This document shows, in pieces, positions 11,574-22,774 of a stretch of DNA of 64,000 nucleotides. Positions within the stretch are counted from its first letter, which is position 1. Each line of letters opens with the position of its first letter. Below the pieces are notes generated by a model. It was not told the DNA's origin and did no database searches. It saw nothing but the letters and a program-made list of their open reading frames with translations. The position numbers and the translations under genes are program-made. This DNA comes from Pelagomonas calceolata (Eukaryota): positions 1,240,001 to 1,304,000 of the forward strand of contig CAKKNE010000002.1 in NCBI GenBank assembly GCA_918797485.1, read 5' to 3'.

Positions 11574-12503
11574 TTACCCCCCGCTCAGCACCATGGCCGC
11601 CTCCTCGACATCTCCATCGGTCGCCACGAGCGCGACGGCCGCCCTCTGCCGGTCAAACCCCATGGCCACCAACTGCGCACACAAATCGTCCTCGGAGTGG
11701 AGCTCCTCACGCAATGGCGCCGATGACGTCACGGGCGTCGCCACGGGCAGGTCCCGCTCCGTGACCGTCGCATCTTTCTTCACTCTTCCGGAAAACTCCT
11801 CGGCGTCGTCGTCGACACCCAAGGCAAATAAACCGTCGACCCAGCGTTTCTTGGCCAGATCGACGACGATGGCTCGGTCCGAATCGTAGAGCACGACGCA
11901 GGGCCGGCCCGTTTCTTCCGCTAGTGAAAGTAATTCAGAATCATTGGCATCAAAGGCTTCATGCGGCGCCTCATCTATAGAAAGGGAGTACCTCCACTTC
12001 TTCACGGAATCCGGGTTCGCCACGCGTCTCACTGGTAATGCTGGAGGTAATGGCTCGGTCGCGGACGCGAAATCGGGAAGGACCGGATCCACAACCAACA
12101 TCCGATCCAAATCAACGACGCACTTCTCAACAATATTATGGCCCGCCGGCACCTTGACGAGGCGTTGCTTGTCTCGAGTAAAGGTTTTTTCGATGACCTC
12201 GCACTGCCGCGGGCCGAACTCCGTCCACCCTTCACTTGTGAGAAAGTACCAGCCTCGTCCGTTTGGAGCGGCTTTCGTGGTCCTATCGCGGAACCAGGTG
12301 AAGGCGTCGGCCGAGCCTTGGAGTGTCGGGGCTAAGGCCCTCAGCTCAAGACGCGTTTTGGCCCTGCCCGGCGTTGAGTTTTTTGCGGGGGTGTCGCCGC
12401 GGCGCTCGGCGAGCTCTTTCAGCGTGCGGCGCTGCTGGTTCCTCGCTTCGATCTTCGCGTTCTTCCGGCGCGTCGTGAGGCGCTTGTAGGCCAGGTAGGT
12501 CAT
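11574..12503 (-). CDS. Tandem WWE-like domains plus a C-terminal UBA domain
   Basis: WYFLTSEGWTEFGPRQCEVIEKTF..VDLDRM, a second WRY..AFDANDSELL..VDLAKK unit, and UBA-like QLVAMGFDRQRAAVALVATDGDVEEAAMVL. Confidence 0.7.
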   Translation of the reverse strand: MTYLAYKRLTTRRKNAKIEARNQQRRTLKELAERRGDTPAKNSTPGRAKTRLELRALAPTLQGSADAFTWFRDRTTKAAPNGRGWYFLTSEGWTEFGPRQCEVIEKTFTRDKQRLVKVPAGHNIVEKCVVDLDRMLVVDPVLPDFASATEPLPPALPVRRVANPDSVKKWRYSLSIDEAPHEAFDANDSELLSLAEETGRPCVVLYDSDRAIVVDLAKKRWVDGLFALGVDDDAEEFSGRVKKDATVTERDLPVATPVTSSAPLREELHSEDDLCAQLVAMGFDRQRAAVALVATDGDVEEAAMVLSGG

Positions 12504-12759
12504 ACTGGTGTGATGGTGCTGCCCTTCCGGGGCGCGCTCGTCACCGTGGAATCGATGCGCGGCGATATATGCTCTTCCCGTATGGTCCTTTAACCCGTTT
12601 GGGGGCGCCGGGGCAGCGGTGCTCTCCGACCCAGCCTGGCTGCTCTCAGCTCCATGCGCCGCGAATTTGCCGTGCTGAGGCTGCCAAACTCAGGCGAGGC
12701 TGCCCCTATTCGTCGTTTCGAGGCAGGCCACAGCCCAATACCGAGGTCACGATGCTGCC

Positions 12760-14490
12760 ATGATGCGTGCACTGCTGCTCGTCGTCGTCGTGCACGGCAA
12801 GCGGGCGCCGCCGCTGGGTGGCCGCCACGGGGCGCGCCTCAGGACGTACGCGCAGCTCGGGCGGCGCCGCGTGCCGCCGCCGGGGAGCACGCCGGACCAC
12901 GTGAAGCGCGTCTACGACGAACTCGACCGCTCCGTGGCCTACTTCCCGCAGACGACGAACCGCAGCGATGCTGCAAATATTGTGAAAGAGATCCTCGCGC
13001 ACCCCTACGGCCTCGCGCTCCTGAACGGGCGTTTATTTGCCCATGAAGGGGTCGACCTGAAGACGATCCGGCAGTTCCGGTTGTTGTTGGAGGCTTCCGA
13101 GAGGCGGCGCGTCAGGAACGTCGTCGTCGCGCACAACTCGGCCTCGGATGGTAGGTGCGCCACCGTATGTAGGGACTGCGGCCACGGGAGCCACGAAAGA
13201 GATAGAGGAAGACGCCACTTACCTTCCACGCTGATAGCCAAGAAGGGCGGTTTCAAGGAAAGGTGCGGCGTTTTGGTGCCGAATCCCTACTTTGGGACCT
13301 ACAGAGAGCGCACGAACTCGACAAATTATGTCGTGAGGACGCCGTGGGTCCGGCGGCAGAACCAGGCCTTTTGGAGGGGAAGACTGATCGAGCCCGGCAA
13401 GGCGTGCATGAAGGAGAAGTGCGTGCCCGACCCGAATTTATGTGAGGGCAACCTCGCGCGCTTCGAGGGTTTGAGCCTGACGTTGCGCCACCCGGAGTTG
13501 TTTGATGTCAAGGCGTTACATATCAGCCCGAGCTGTCGTGCGCTGCGTAGAAACCAATTGCAACGCGCTAAACGCCATCGACGCGATGTTGCTCACTAGT
13601 TTATTTGCGCACAGGGACCGACAAGGCGGCGCTGCGGAACCGCTCCTGTCTTCCTACGTCCTTCGCGACGAAGATCGCGAAGCGGCTGCACAAGGTCACC
13701 GAACCGAAGCACCGTTCTCACTTGTGTGGAAATCAAATTTCGGGCGTCCCACGCCATCGACGCGACGCCGTTCCCGTGGCCACAGTCGGCTCGATGGCGT
13801 GGAGGTTCACGATTCCTAACTCACTGGTTGATTTCCACACAGGTCCTCACAACTACTATGCGAGGTTCAAGATGAACCTCCACTTTCCCGGATCGACGAC
13901 CGGTTCGTACAGTCGGAACCTCAACCGCGCGGCGCGGTGTCCTCGCCTTCACGCCATCGCCGCGACTTCCAACCAACGGCTGTTCTCGCGCAGACCTCTG
14001 GTCGACCGACGCCGTCGTGCTCATCTGGAAGCACGCCGCCGTGGAGCACTACTACCGCGGCCTGGCGCACGGCGCGACTCATTTAGACGTCGACCTCGCC
14101 TCGGCCGCGGCGACGGCGCGGGAAGTTCTTAAGAACCAGCCCCTCGTGGCGAAGCTCAAGGCCGGCGCGCAGGCCGTTGTTCGCGACCTCATTTGCCCTG
14201 ATTGTCTGGAAAAGTTCCTGGCGGCCGCGCTCGCCAAGATCCGCGCGCGGCACGCGCAGAACTTAATTCTAGACGACGCGGGATCGCTGCGCGCCGCGCT
14301 CCGCGGCGCCAACTGCACCGGCCTCGTCGAGTACCGGCAAGCGCATCCAACCCAAGACGACACGCAGCTCGGTCTGCACAAGGCGATCGAGCGGCGGGTC
14401 AGAGTCGTGCCCCTCCCCGCTGCGAAGGTGGTCGGCGACGGCGAGGACCCCGCGTGCGCGGCGCTCGTCAATACTGTATTTAACAACTAA
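12760..14490 (+). CDS. CAP10 / glycosyltransferase family 90-like protein; 4 exons, introns ~13535-13614, 13714-13842 and 13927-13993
   Basis: N-terminal hydrophobic anchor, VLVPNPYF, PW..R..AFWRG, and after splicing HNYYARFKMNLHFPGS.TGSYSRNLNHLW...EHYYRGLAHG.TH. Three ORFs join in frame. Confidence 0.7.
13543..13614. mobile_element. Decayed introner-derived intron
   Basis: Ends ctgcgtagaaac...tttgcgcacag resemble the TIR, with internal acgccatcgacgcga. GT lies 8 nt upstream at 13535 (an alternative GT at 13538 is also in frame). TSD is no longer recognisable. Confidence 0.55.
13722..13842. mobile_element. Introner element; intron 13714-13842
   Basis: TIR ttgtgtggaaatcaa...ttgatttccacacag. 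TSD gttctcac / gtcctcac, 7/8 match. Confidence 0.92.
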
Positions 14491-14512
14491 TGTACACAAG
14501 AATATTAACAAG

Positions 14513-15379
14513 CTAGGAGCCGCGGTAGGTCGAGAAGGTCCAGGGCGAGCAGAGCAGCGGCACGTGGTAGTGCTCCTCGGGGTTGTCGATGCCGAAGCGG
14601 ATCGGCACGTCCCCCAGAAAGGGCTGGGCCGCCGTCGCCACGCCCTTGGCGGCGAAGTACTCTCCAACATGAAAGGTCCACTCGTAGGCGCCCGCGCAGA
14701 AGTCCGGACCTTTCAAAGCTGGGCCGTCGAGGCGGCCGTCTTCATTGGTAGTGAAGGCGTAGGACGACGGGAGATCGCCATGATCACCTAAGCGCGTCAG
14801 CGTAACACTCATGCCCGCCGCCGGCGTGCCCGACGCGACGTCCAGCACGTGACAGGTCAGAAAACCTTTGCCGTTGCCTTCTACACTGTCTAATAACCGT
14901 AGCCAGGCGATCTTGTGGACCTGGGCCAACGCTTCCGCACGCTCCTCTACCAAATCGCCCGCCATGCGCCGCTCGAGCGCCGCAAAAATGACGCGCTTCG
15001 ACGCGTTGCGGACCGCGAGGATGAACGGAAACCCGAACTTGGCCGTGTAGCGCTCGTTGAGCGACGTGAGCTTTGAGAGCTCCGCTTCCGTTAACGAACC
15101 GAGGCCGGCTTTGGCTTGCTCGGCGGCGGATTCGGCCGTGACGTCGCCGCGCAGCGCGGCCTTGCCGGCCAGGTCGGGGTGCGCTCTCAGTAAAGACAGG
15201 ACCTCGTCGTCCGTCGCGTTGGCCAGCGTCTGCTTCATGGCCGCTGCGAGAGAGGTGACGCTCGCGAAGGGGCCCTGGGCGAAGGCGCGCTCGGCGACCC
15301 ACGGGCTTTTTTCGTAGCAGCCGCCTACCGCTGCGACAAACGCGTCTTTGGTTGCGATCGCGGAGAGGGGTACTGGCAT
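14513..15379 (-). CDS. TTL: Bifunctional OHCU decarboxylase / 5-hydroxyisourate hydrolase (transthyretin-like, urate catabolism)
   Basis: E-x-SPWVAERA, AHPDL, EQ..AGL, YxxKFGFPFILAV, then LTCHVLD..G.PA, TNEDGR, HYHVPLL and C-terminal YRGS. Confidence 0.92.
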   Translation of the reverse strand: MPVPLSAIATKDAFVAAVGGCYEKSPWVAERAFAQGPFASVTSLAAAMKQTLANATDDEVLSLLRAHPDLAGKAALRGDVTAESAAEQAKAGLGSLTEAELSKLTSLNERYTAKFGFPFILAVRNASKRVIFAALERRMAGDLVEERAEALAQVHKIAWLRLLDSVEGNGKGFLTCHVLDVASGTPAAGMSVTLTRLGDHGDLPSSYAFTTNEDGRLDGPALKGPDFCAGAYEWTFHVGEYFAAKGVATAAQPFLGDVPIRFGIDNPEEHYHVPLLCSPWTFSTYRGS

Positions 15380-15857
15380 GATTTTTGCTTCACGGCGACT
15401 TTAGGCTGCGTAGAACTGAGAGCACACTTGAGCAGGCTGTCTGAGAGTACTGCTTGCTTACAAGCTTGGGCTGCAAAAGCGGCGATTTTTCGGCCTGTTC
15501 GCAGCGCACGAGTTGTCTGAGTCGCGCGGTGGTATCTGTGCGACCGAGGACTACCTGTGCGTTGAGCTTGAGGCCTTTTGCGGGAGCTGGCGCTCGCTAG
15601 CTATTGCCACTAGGAGGGCAACAAGGCCTTGCTCGGGTTGAGACCGCGTGTGAGTGTTCGAAAGCGGTAAGGCGCCCTCTCGTCGCCCCAAGGACCCATG
15701 CGACCACGCCCGGCACCATCCGGTGCTTAATTCAATCGGCGCCGCGGAGACTGCCCCCCGCCAGGGGGTTTCGCCAACTAGTCCTAGCAACGTAACAAAA
15801 TATCTATCACAAGACGCCATCGCCGCGACAACAAAAAAAACTTCATGGGTCTTAGCT

Positions 15858-17269
15858 CTAGAGGTGGACGCCGCGCGTCCCGTAGTCCTGCTCGAGGTTC
15901 TGGCACAGCTCGAGCCCGTCCTTCGACGTGTCGAGGTCGCCCTGGTCCAGACCCAGCGCGAGGAAGTCCTTCGTGTAGAACCCGTCCGCGGCGATGTCCT
16001 CGAGGACGTTGTGCTTCGCGCCCTCCCAGCCAAGAGTGGACATGACCTTGCGCACGCGCACGGCGAAGCCCTCGGCGTTCGGCCGGAAGGGGAACGAGGA
16101 TTTGGTGTCCGGCGGTAATGCCGTAACTAACGCCTCCTTGCCGAGCGCGTTCGCCGCGGCGATGCACACGTCGTCGTAGGAACACATCTTGTTCGTGCCG
16201 CAGTTGAAGATCTCGCCGCCCGCTTCACTTTCTTTGCCGACGACGGAACCGATCAACGAAGCCACATCTTCACAATGAGTGACAGAGACGGGCTGCTGCG
16301 CGTCGGCCGGGACCGGCATCGGCAGGTCCCGCGCGGCTCGGTTCAGGAACCAATCCAAATAATCGCGCTTGTTCGTGTAGGGGCCGTAGATGTACTGCGG
16401 CCGGAAGGCCGTCCACCTTCCGGGTAACTCCTTCTCGAGGGTCATCTCGACCTGTGTGGAAATCAAATTTTACGGCGCGTTCGTGCTGAAGCATCGCGCC
16501 GTCCTCCACGCCATCGATGCGACGCCTGCTCGATGGCGTAGCGATGCCGGTTCCTCGCCGCTCGACGGAGCCAGCACGGCCGCGTCATTGTGCACCCGAC
16601 GCACTGGTTGATTTCCACACCGTTCTCGACCTCGCGCTGGCCGGTCGGCGGGTCCTTGACCTTCTTCTCCTCCTTCAACATCCCCTTGGCGGCGTACATG
16701 CCCGCCGATGAGACGAAGCTGTAGAACGCATCAGACTTCTTCGCCGCGGAGATGATGGGCGCGGCGTCGCCCGGTTTCTTCGAGTTGTTGTCGAAGACGT
16801 GCGTGGCCTTGTCGCCGCAGGCGGCTTCTACGGCCGACGCGTCGGACGTGTCGACCCACTCCACATTCACGGACGACGGGAGCTCGCCGTACTTGCTGAA
16901 CGGCAAAGCTTCTTTTTTGGCGGCGCTGTCCTGCACGATGGTCACGGTCAGGTCCTTGTCAGCCAGGTTCTTGGCCAGATGAAAACCGATCTCGCCGTGG
17001 CCGCCGCCCTTGTTTTGTACCTGCGAGCGGGACACGCCGTCGAACCGACACATTGGGCACAGCGTCGGCCGAAGTTTGACGACATTGAGCCGACATCCGC
17101 GTACAGCGTCGACGGCAGCGAGGCAACAACTCGAAGACTTCCGACGCCGCAACCGCACGATGACCGCATGGCCGGCGGCGTTGAGGGCCGTGCTGGATCT
17201 AGCAGTGGGGGCCGGGGCGAAGCACTCCGCGCCTAATGCGAGAGCGAGGACGACGGCGGCGGCACGCAT
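15858..17269 (-). CDS. CSP41: Chloroplast stem-loop binding protein CSP41-like (atypical SDR/epimerase fold), plastid-targeted; introns 17021-17158 and 16452-16630
   Basis: Signal peptide plus AEC-FAP (ASAFAP-like), GGGHGEIGFHLA, FVSSAGMY, FRPQYIYGP, WFLNR, FPFRP. Exons join as QRE|VEMT. Confidence 0.85.
16452..16622. mobile_element. Introner element, long variant; intron 16452-16630 on the minus strand
   Basis: TIR ctgtgtggaaatcaa...ttgatttccacaccg. TSD atctcgac / ttctcgac, 7/8 match. Confidence 0.92.
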
Positions 17270-17729
17270 GATCACTGGTGTAGTAGCAGAGAGCTGCGTT
17301 GCGTCGGTGCAACAGCGGCGCGTATAGCAGCAGGATCCCTGAGCTGCAGAGACACATCACAAAAATGAAGGCGATCTCCCGTCCATCGCAATCGCATCTG
17401 ATCCGTCTGTGACCGCTCCCTACCGTTGCGATGATGCGCTGGGAGGTTTGGCAACTCGTTTGTCTTCTAGCGTTTACGCCCACTAGAGTCCCGGGACCGG
17501 AATCGCAGTTTGATCATTGCCCGCGCGCCGCTGACCAAATTTGCACGCGCCGGACGTCACAAGCGACTCGTCAGTGTCCCGAGTACGCCACGCGAGCTCT
17601 GCGACCCCCGCGCGCCGCGGCTGTGAAGAAAACTGGTAAGCCTTCACTCACCTCTGCAGCGTGAAAAGCCCGCGCGCGCGGACGCGAGAGAGAGTACTTA
17701 AGCGGTCACGAACGCTAGACTAGCAAGCG

Positions 17730-18396
17730 ATGGCGACGCCCGAGGTCGTCGCGCCCACGCCCGTGGAAGACGACGCTGCGGCGCCGGCAATCACCGGCTC
17801 GCGCCGACGAGGCGACACGCACTCGGTCGGGCGCCCGCCGCGCCGGCGTCCGTCCCGGCCGCGTGGGTCGCGGCCGCGATGGCGCTGGCGCCGCCGCGGC
17901 CGCCGGCGACGGCGCCGGTGGCCGCAGCTGCTTTGGTGCCGCGGGCCGCGGCGCTGGCTATCTCGAGCTGGCACGCGGGCACGTCCGACCCCGACGCCGA
18001 CCTCGAAGCCGGCGCCGTCGCGCCGCGCCGCTTCGGGGGCCCGGCGCCCGCGGCTCCTGTCCCTCAGAGATGGGGGCCGACAGGCAGCCGAAAGCCCCTC
18101 GAGATGAGGAGAATCGGCGACGCGGAGTGGCGGACGTCGTGCCCGCGACGTCGCCTCCCGTGACGCCGAGGCAGCCGTCGCCGTGGCTCAGTGTCGTCTG
18201 CGACTACTCGGGAGCGTCCGGCCCGCGCCTCGCCAAGCGCGTGCGCCGGCTCTCGCAATCGCGGAGCGGCTCGCCGGTGGGCGTCGAGTCGACGGGCGCC
18301 GCGCTCCTCGGCAAGCGCAAGGCGGAGCCTTCGCTGACGCCGGCGGAGAAGAAGCGCAACTACTCCTACCACCGAGGCGGGTGGCCGGGCCAGTGA
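17730..18396 (+). other. Possible hypothetical gene or frameshifted remnant; structure unresolved
   Basis: Coding-like codon usage moves between three overlapping + frames. No recognisable domain. Confidence 0.25.
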
Positions 18397-18407
18397 AGAC
18401 TAATTAT

Positions 18408-19052
18408 CTAACCGTTTACCTTAATCCCCGGCGGCTGCGCCCACGCGGGCAGCTCCCGCGGCTTCGCCGGGTCGAACTCGCCGCGCACGGGCGCGGAGCC
18501 GTCCGCGGGGTAGAAGACGGTGGCCGAGCCGTCGACGCAGTAGCGCTGGCCGGACAGCGCCGCCGGCGTGCCTGGGAATAAAGCACCATCAAGAAATCGA
18601 TCCCCCAGGTGCCCGCCGCAGCGGCCGCACCGGATCTCGGCGCCCGCGAGGAACTCGAGCGCGGAGGATTCGACGGCAACGGCGGGCAGCTGCGTCGCGA
18701 ACGACGGCCAGCCCGTCCCGCTGTCGAATTTCGCGCTCGAGGCGAAGAGCGGGACGCCGCAGCCGGCGCAGCGGAACTCGCCCGGGCGCTTCTCCTTGAC
18801 GAGCGGCGAACTGTTGGGCGGCTCCGTGCCACCGTTCCTCAGGACGAAGTACTCGACGCTACTCAGTTGCCGCTGCCACTCGGCCTCGGACTTTTGGACC
18901 TCGTAGCCCTCGGTGCGGCTCGCGGTCCCGCCGGGCGGCTTGGCTTGCGCGGCGGCCGGGACTCCCAACGCGGCGGCCGCTGGGAGCGCGCGGCGCGTGA
19001 CCCGCAGCGCGGATGCTGTTGCGAGAGTGGCAATTAAGAGCGTGCGCGGCAT
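18408..19052 (-). CDS. msrB: Methionine-R-sulfoxide reductase B (SelR family) with a signal/targeting peptide
   Basis: EWQRQLS..EYFVLR..GTE, CAGC, KFDSGTGWPSF, EIRCGRCGGHLG, RYCV. Confidence 0.88.
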   Translation of the reverse strand: MPRTLLIATLATASALRVTRRALPAAAALGVPAAAQAKPPGGTASRTEGYEVQKSEAEWQRQLSSVEYFVLRNGGTEPPNSSPLVKEKRPGEFRCAGCGVPLFASSAKFDSGTGWPSFATQLPAVAVESSALEFLAGAEIRCGRCGGHLGDRFLDGALFPGTPAALSGQRYCVDGSATVFYPADGSAPVRGEFDPAKPRELPAWAQPPGIKVNG

Positions 19053-19439
19053 GCTAGCTTGAGCGTGTGAGAGCAAAGTGGTCAGGAGACCGTTTTAAAC
19101 ACGGATTGCTTGCAGAGCTGGGTCAACGCCGACCACTGATGAGTCCTTCGAATCTCGGTTGTGTTCAACGCGATCGTAGAGAGGCGTATGCGCCGATAGA
19201 CGTGGTCCTGCTCGAGTGCTTGAGCTTGCTAGTGTCTTTACAGGACGCTAGCTCGGCTTTGCGGACGCGCGGCGGCTTTTTGACGCACTCCTGCGCGACG
19301 TCGTCAACGCATTACAAAATTTGAAAGCCCAGGAAGCGCTAGGACCAGTTGCCTGCGCCTTTGCCAGACAAGTGCATCCACCTGTCCAATTGCAGCAAGC
19401 TGCTTGCCTGTTGCAGCGCCCGCCCATCGCCGCGGCAGC

Positions 19440-20516
19440 ATGAAACGACGAAGAACCCTCAACGTTGCAGCGCTGCTGGCGACAGCAACGGCGAGCAGCG
19501 AGTGGGGCGAGTGGGGCCCGCCGCCGCCGCCGCCGCCGCCTCCGCAGCAGCAGCAGCCACCGCCACAATATGATCCGCAGCAGCAGGGCGGCTATTACGG
19601 TGAGCAACAGCCACAATACGACCAGCAACAACCGCAGCGCCCGCCGGGCCCGCCGCCGCCGAAGCCGCCCGCGGGGCCAATTCTCGCGCGCGTCTCGTCC
19701 GTCGTCTCGGGCGCGGGCGTCGGTTGTGGCATAGGAAAATGCATCACGGGCAACGCCTCTCCCCGATTCGCGGCGGCCGGCGCCGTATCCTGCTTCCTGA
19801 GCTGTTGCATCGGCGGGCGTTTTGGGGACGCGGCGCTGGCCTTGGGGCAGACGACGGTCGGCGCCGTCAAGAAGAGTCGCGCGCTGCGAGATGGGCGGTA
19901 TCCCGTCTTCCGCCAGTTCAAGGCGGGCCTGGGGTTGGTGCAGCGGGAGCCGTGGCCGCCGGGCGCGCCGAACCCCTGGAGATATAAAAGGCAATCCGCA
20001 ATAGACCCGCGCTTCTCCATGTACGAGGCGCTCGGGGCGGCGCTGCTGACGGGCGGCGTCGGCATCAACTTCGTGCCGCTGCCGCCGCTCGTGCCGCGGT
20101 CGCTGTGCGCGCTGGGCGCGTCGTTATTTTTCATGTCGCTGGTCGTCGTGAGGGACGCGCGGGGCGACGCGGCGCGGTGTCTGGCGGCGCGCGTCGTGGC
20201 CTCCATCCGAGTCATGCTGGCCGCCGCCTCGGAGCAGCAACTCGTGTCGAAGACCGCGCAGGCCTGGGGCCTCGGCGCGATGCGGCTCGGCGCCGTCGAC
20301 AAGAAGCTGGGCGTGTCGCGGACGATGGGCCGGCTCTTCTCGCGGGCCGCGTCGACGGCGCAGGCCGCGGCCGCGGAGGCCGCGGCCGCGCAGGCGGGCG
20401 GCCCCGACCGACGGCCACCGCCGCCGCCCCAGCAGCAGCATCCGGCCTGGGCGCCGGACTCGCAGAGCGACTGGGGCCACCCGGGCGCCGCGGGGCCGGG
20501 CGCGGGGCAGTGGTGA
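19440..20516 (+). CDS. Hypothetical membrane protein with a P/Q-rich N-terminus
   Basis: Signal-like N-terminus, poly-P/Q tract, several hydrophobic segments. Confidence 0.55.
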   Translation: MKRRRTLNVAALLATATASSEWGEWGPPPPPPPPPQQQQPPPQYDPQQQGGYYGEQQPQYDQQQPQRPPGPPPPKPPAGPILARVSSVVSGAGVGCGIGKCITGNASPRFAAAGAVSCFLSCCIGGRFGDAALALGQTTVGAVKKSRALRDGRYPVFRQFKAGLGLVQREPWPPGAPNPWRYKRQSAIDPRFSMYEALGAALLTGGVGINFVPLPPLVPRSLCALGASLFFMSLVVVRDARGDAARCLAARVVASIRVMLAAASEQQLVSKTAQAWGLGAMRLGAVDKKLGVSRTMGRLFSRAASTAQAAAAEAAAAQAGGPDRRPPPPPQQQHPAWAPDSQSDWGHPGAAGPGAGQW

Positions 20517-20769
20517 CGCGTTCTGTCGCCATTAGCCCCGTGCGGCCACTCGTGCGGCCCCTCTTCGCCCATCATCGTGGACGGCGCAATGTCATAAAAA
20601 GTTATGAGTATGAGTATGCTTCTCCTCACGCGTCGTATCCCTGGCCTACGCGTGCACGCGCCGCCGCTTTCAAATGCCTCAACATGGGGTGTGTGATGTT
20701 TTTTGTTCGCCTGCTCGGACGTCGCATGCGCAGCGGCGGCGGCGCCAGCGGTTAAACCGCTCGATACAA

Positions 20770-22774
20770 ATGGCGGTGCCGTTGCGGCGAAGCCGCTGTA
20801 GACGCAGCATCCTTGGCCGAGCCGTAGTCGCTGCGATTTTGCTCTCGGAAGCGGTGCAGTGTATTCAGTTCAAACGTAAGCGCGCGGGCGTGAGCCATCG
20901 TGCGGTGCGGCCAGCGGTGTCGACAGCTACGCCAGCGGCTCCATCAAAGGCCAAACCGTCGAATACGGCCGCGGTGACAGGAAAAAATAACATCCTACCG
21001 CTGTCGGCGCCGCAGAACAAAATCGACGCGGCCACGCTGACGGCCCTGGTCGCCGCGGACCCCGGAGACGAGCTGGACGAGCCTCTGCGCCTCGTTTCCG
21101 GCGCGATTCCGAAGGACCTGCGCGGCACGCTCTACGTGAACGGCCCGGCGCGGGTCATCGACGGCCGCGGCCGCGCGGCGCACCCGCTCGACGGCCACGG
21201 TTTTGTAAGGGCGTTTTCATTTGGCGCACGGACGGATGCGGCGAAGCTCGCGGCCGCCGCCTCCACCAACGCTAATGACGCGTCGACGTCCATTGGTGGC
21301 AGCACAGTGGCGGCAGACGGTCGCTCGGGCGTGACGGTCCGCGGGCGCTTCGTGCGGACGTGGGCGTACGAGATCGAGAACTTCTTCGACCGCAACCTGT
21401 TCCGGGGCTTCTTCTCGCTGCCCTTCGCGCCGTCGACGCCGCTGCGCCTCTTCAACGCGCTGTCGCTCTGGCGGAAGAACGTGGCCAACACGGCCGTCGT
21501 CGCCTGGGCGGGGCGGCTTCTCTGCCTCTGGGAGCAGGGCCCGCCGCACGCGCTGGATGTGGAGACGCTCGAGACGGCGGCCGGCTGGGACCACCTTAAT
21601 TATTTAGAGACGCCGGCGTGCGCCGTGTCGCGATTGCGGCCGCTGCTGGCGCACACCAAGGTCTGGGTCGAGAATGATGGAAGGGAGCGCCTCGTCGGCC
21701 TGTCGGTCGTGGGCTCACATTTTACATTTTACGAGTTCGACGAACGCGGCGATCGCGTCGCGACCGTCGCCACGGAGCTGCCGTTCGCGAACCCGCTCAC
21801 CCACGACTTCAGCCTCACGGAGCACTATTACATTGTCGCGGAGAACCCGGTGCGGTACGAACCGGACGTCGCCGGGGCGCTGGACGGGTCGCAGCCCGCG
21901 CTAGGGCCATCCTTTGTCGCTTCCGCCGACGACCGGCCTGGCCTGCTCGCGCTCGTGCCCCGCGACGGGTCCGAGCCGATCGTCCTCGACGCCGGCGACG
22001 CGTCGATCGTCTTCCACTACGCGAACGCGTGGGAGGAAGGATCGCGTATCAAAATCGCGGCGTGCGCGTTCGACCGTTATGAATTGGGCGCCGAGTACGG
22101 CTTCGACGCGGCGGGCGGCCGTTTCGATCCGAACTTGCTACTCCGTGACGATCTGTGTGGAAATCAAAATTTCACGTCGCGTCCTGCTGAATCGGCGGGT
22201 CGACCTCCACGCCATCGACGCTGCGCCTGCTCGATGGCGTGGCGATGCCGGTTCCTCACCACTCGACAGAGCCAGCACGGCAACCCGACACACTCTTGGT
22301 TTCCACACAGGCCACGACAACGCCTGGGGCCCGTTCCTCCGCGTGTCAACAATTAATCTCGCGGCGGCAACGGTGTCGCACACTACGGTGGAACACGTTC
22401 ATCGGGACTTTCCCCGAGTCCATCCGCGAAGGGAGGGCCGGCCGACGAAGTACGCTTATGTCGCGGCGTCGCCCCATCTCCAGGAAGGCGAGCCGTTCTT
22501 CCCCTTCCAGTGCATTCAGAAGGTGGCGCTGGACGGCTCCGACGAAGTCATCACGTGGAGGCCCGCGCGCCCGGGCTGCTTCGTCGGCGAGCCGGTCGTG
22601 GCGCCGCGTCCCGGCGAAGTCAACGAGGACCACGCGTGGCTGCTGATAGTCGTCCACGACGTCCACGCCGCGGCGACGGACCTCGTGGTCCTCGACGCAC
22701 GGACGCTCGCCGTCGCCGCAGAGCTGCGCGTCGACCGGCTCCTGCCGCTCGGCCTCCACGGCACGTGGGCCTGA
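20770..22774 (+). CDS. Carotenoid cleavage dioxygenase (RPE65/CCD family); intron 22145-22310
   Basis: GAIPKDLRGTLYVNGP, HPLDGHG, KNVANT, four Fe-ligand His (LAHTK, THDF, FHYAN, GLHG), DFPRV, GEPV. Exons join as LLR|HDNAW. Confidence 0.88.
22153..22310. mobile_element. Introner element, long variant; intron 22145-22310
   Basis: TIR ctgtgtggaaatcaa...ttggtttccacacag. TSD gtgacgat / gccacgac, 5/8 match. Interior closely resembles 16452-16622. Confidence 0.9.

Noticed and set aside
14513..15379. OHCU decarboxylase-HIU hydrolase fusion as a novelty
   Set aside because: This fusion is already known in plants, algae and some bacteria.
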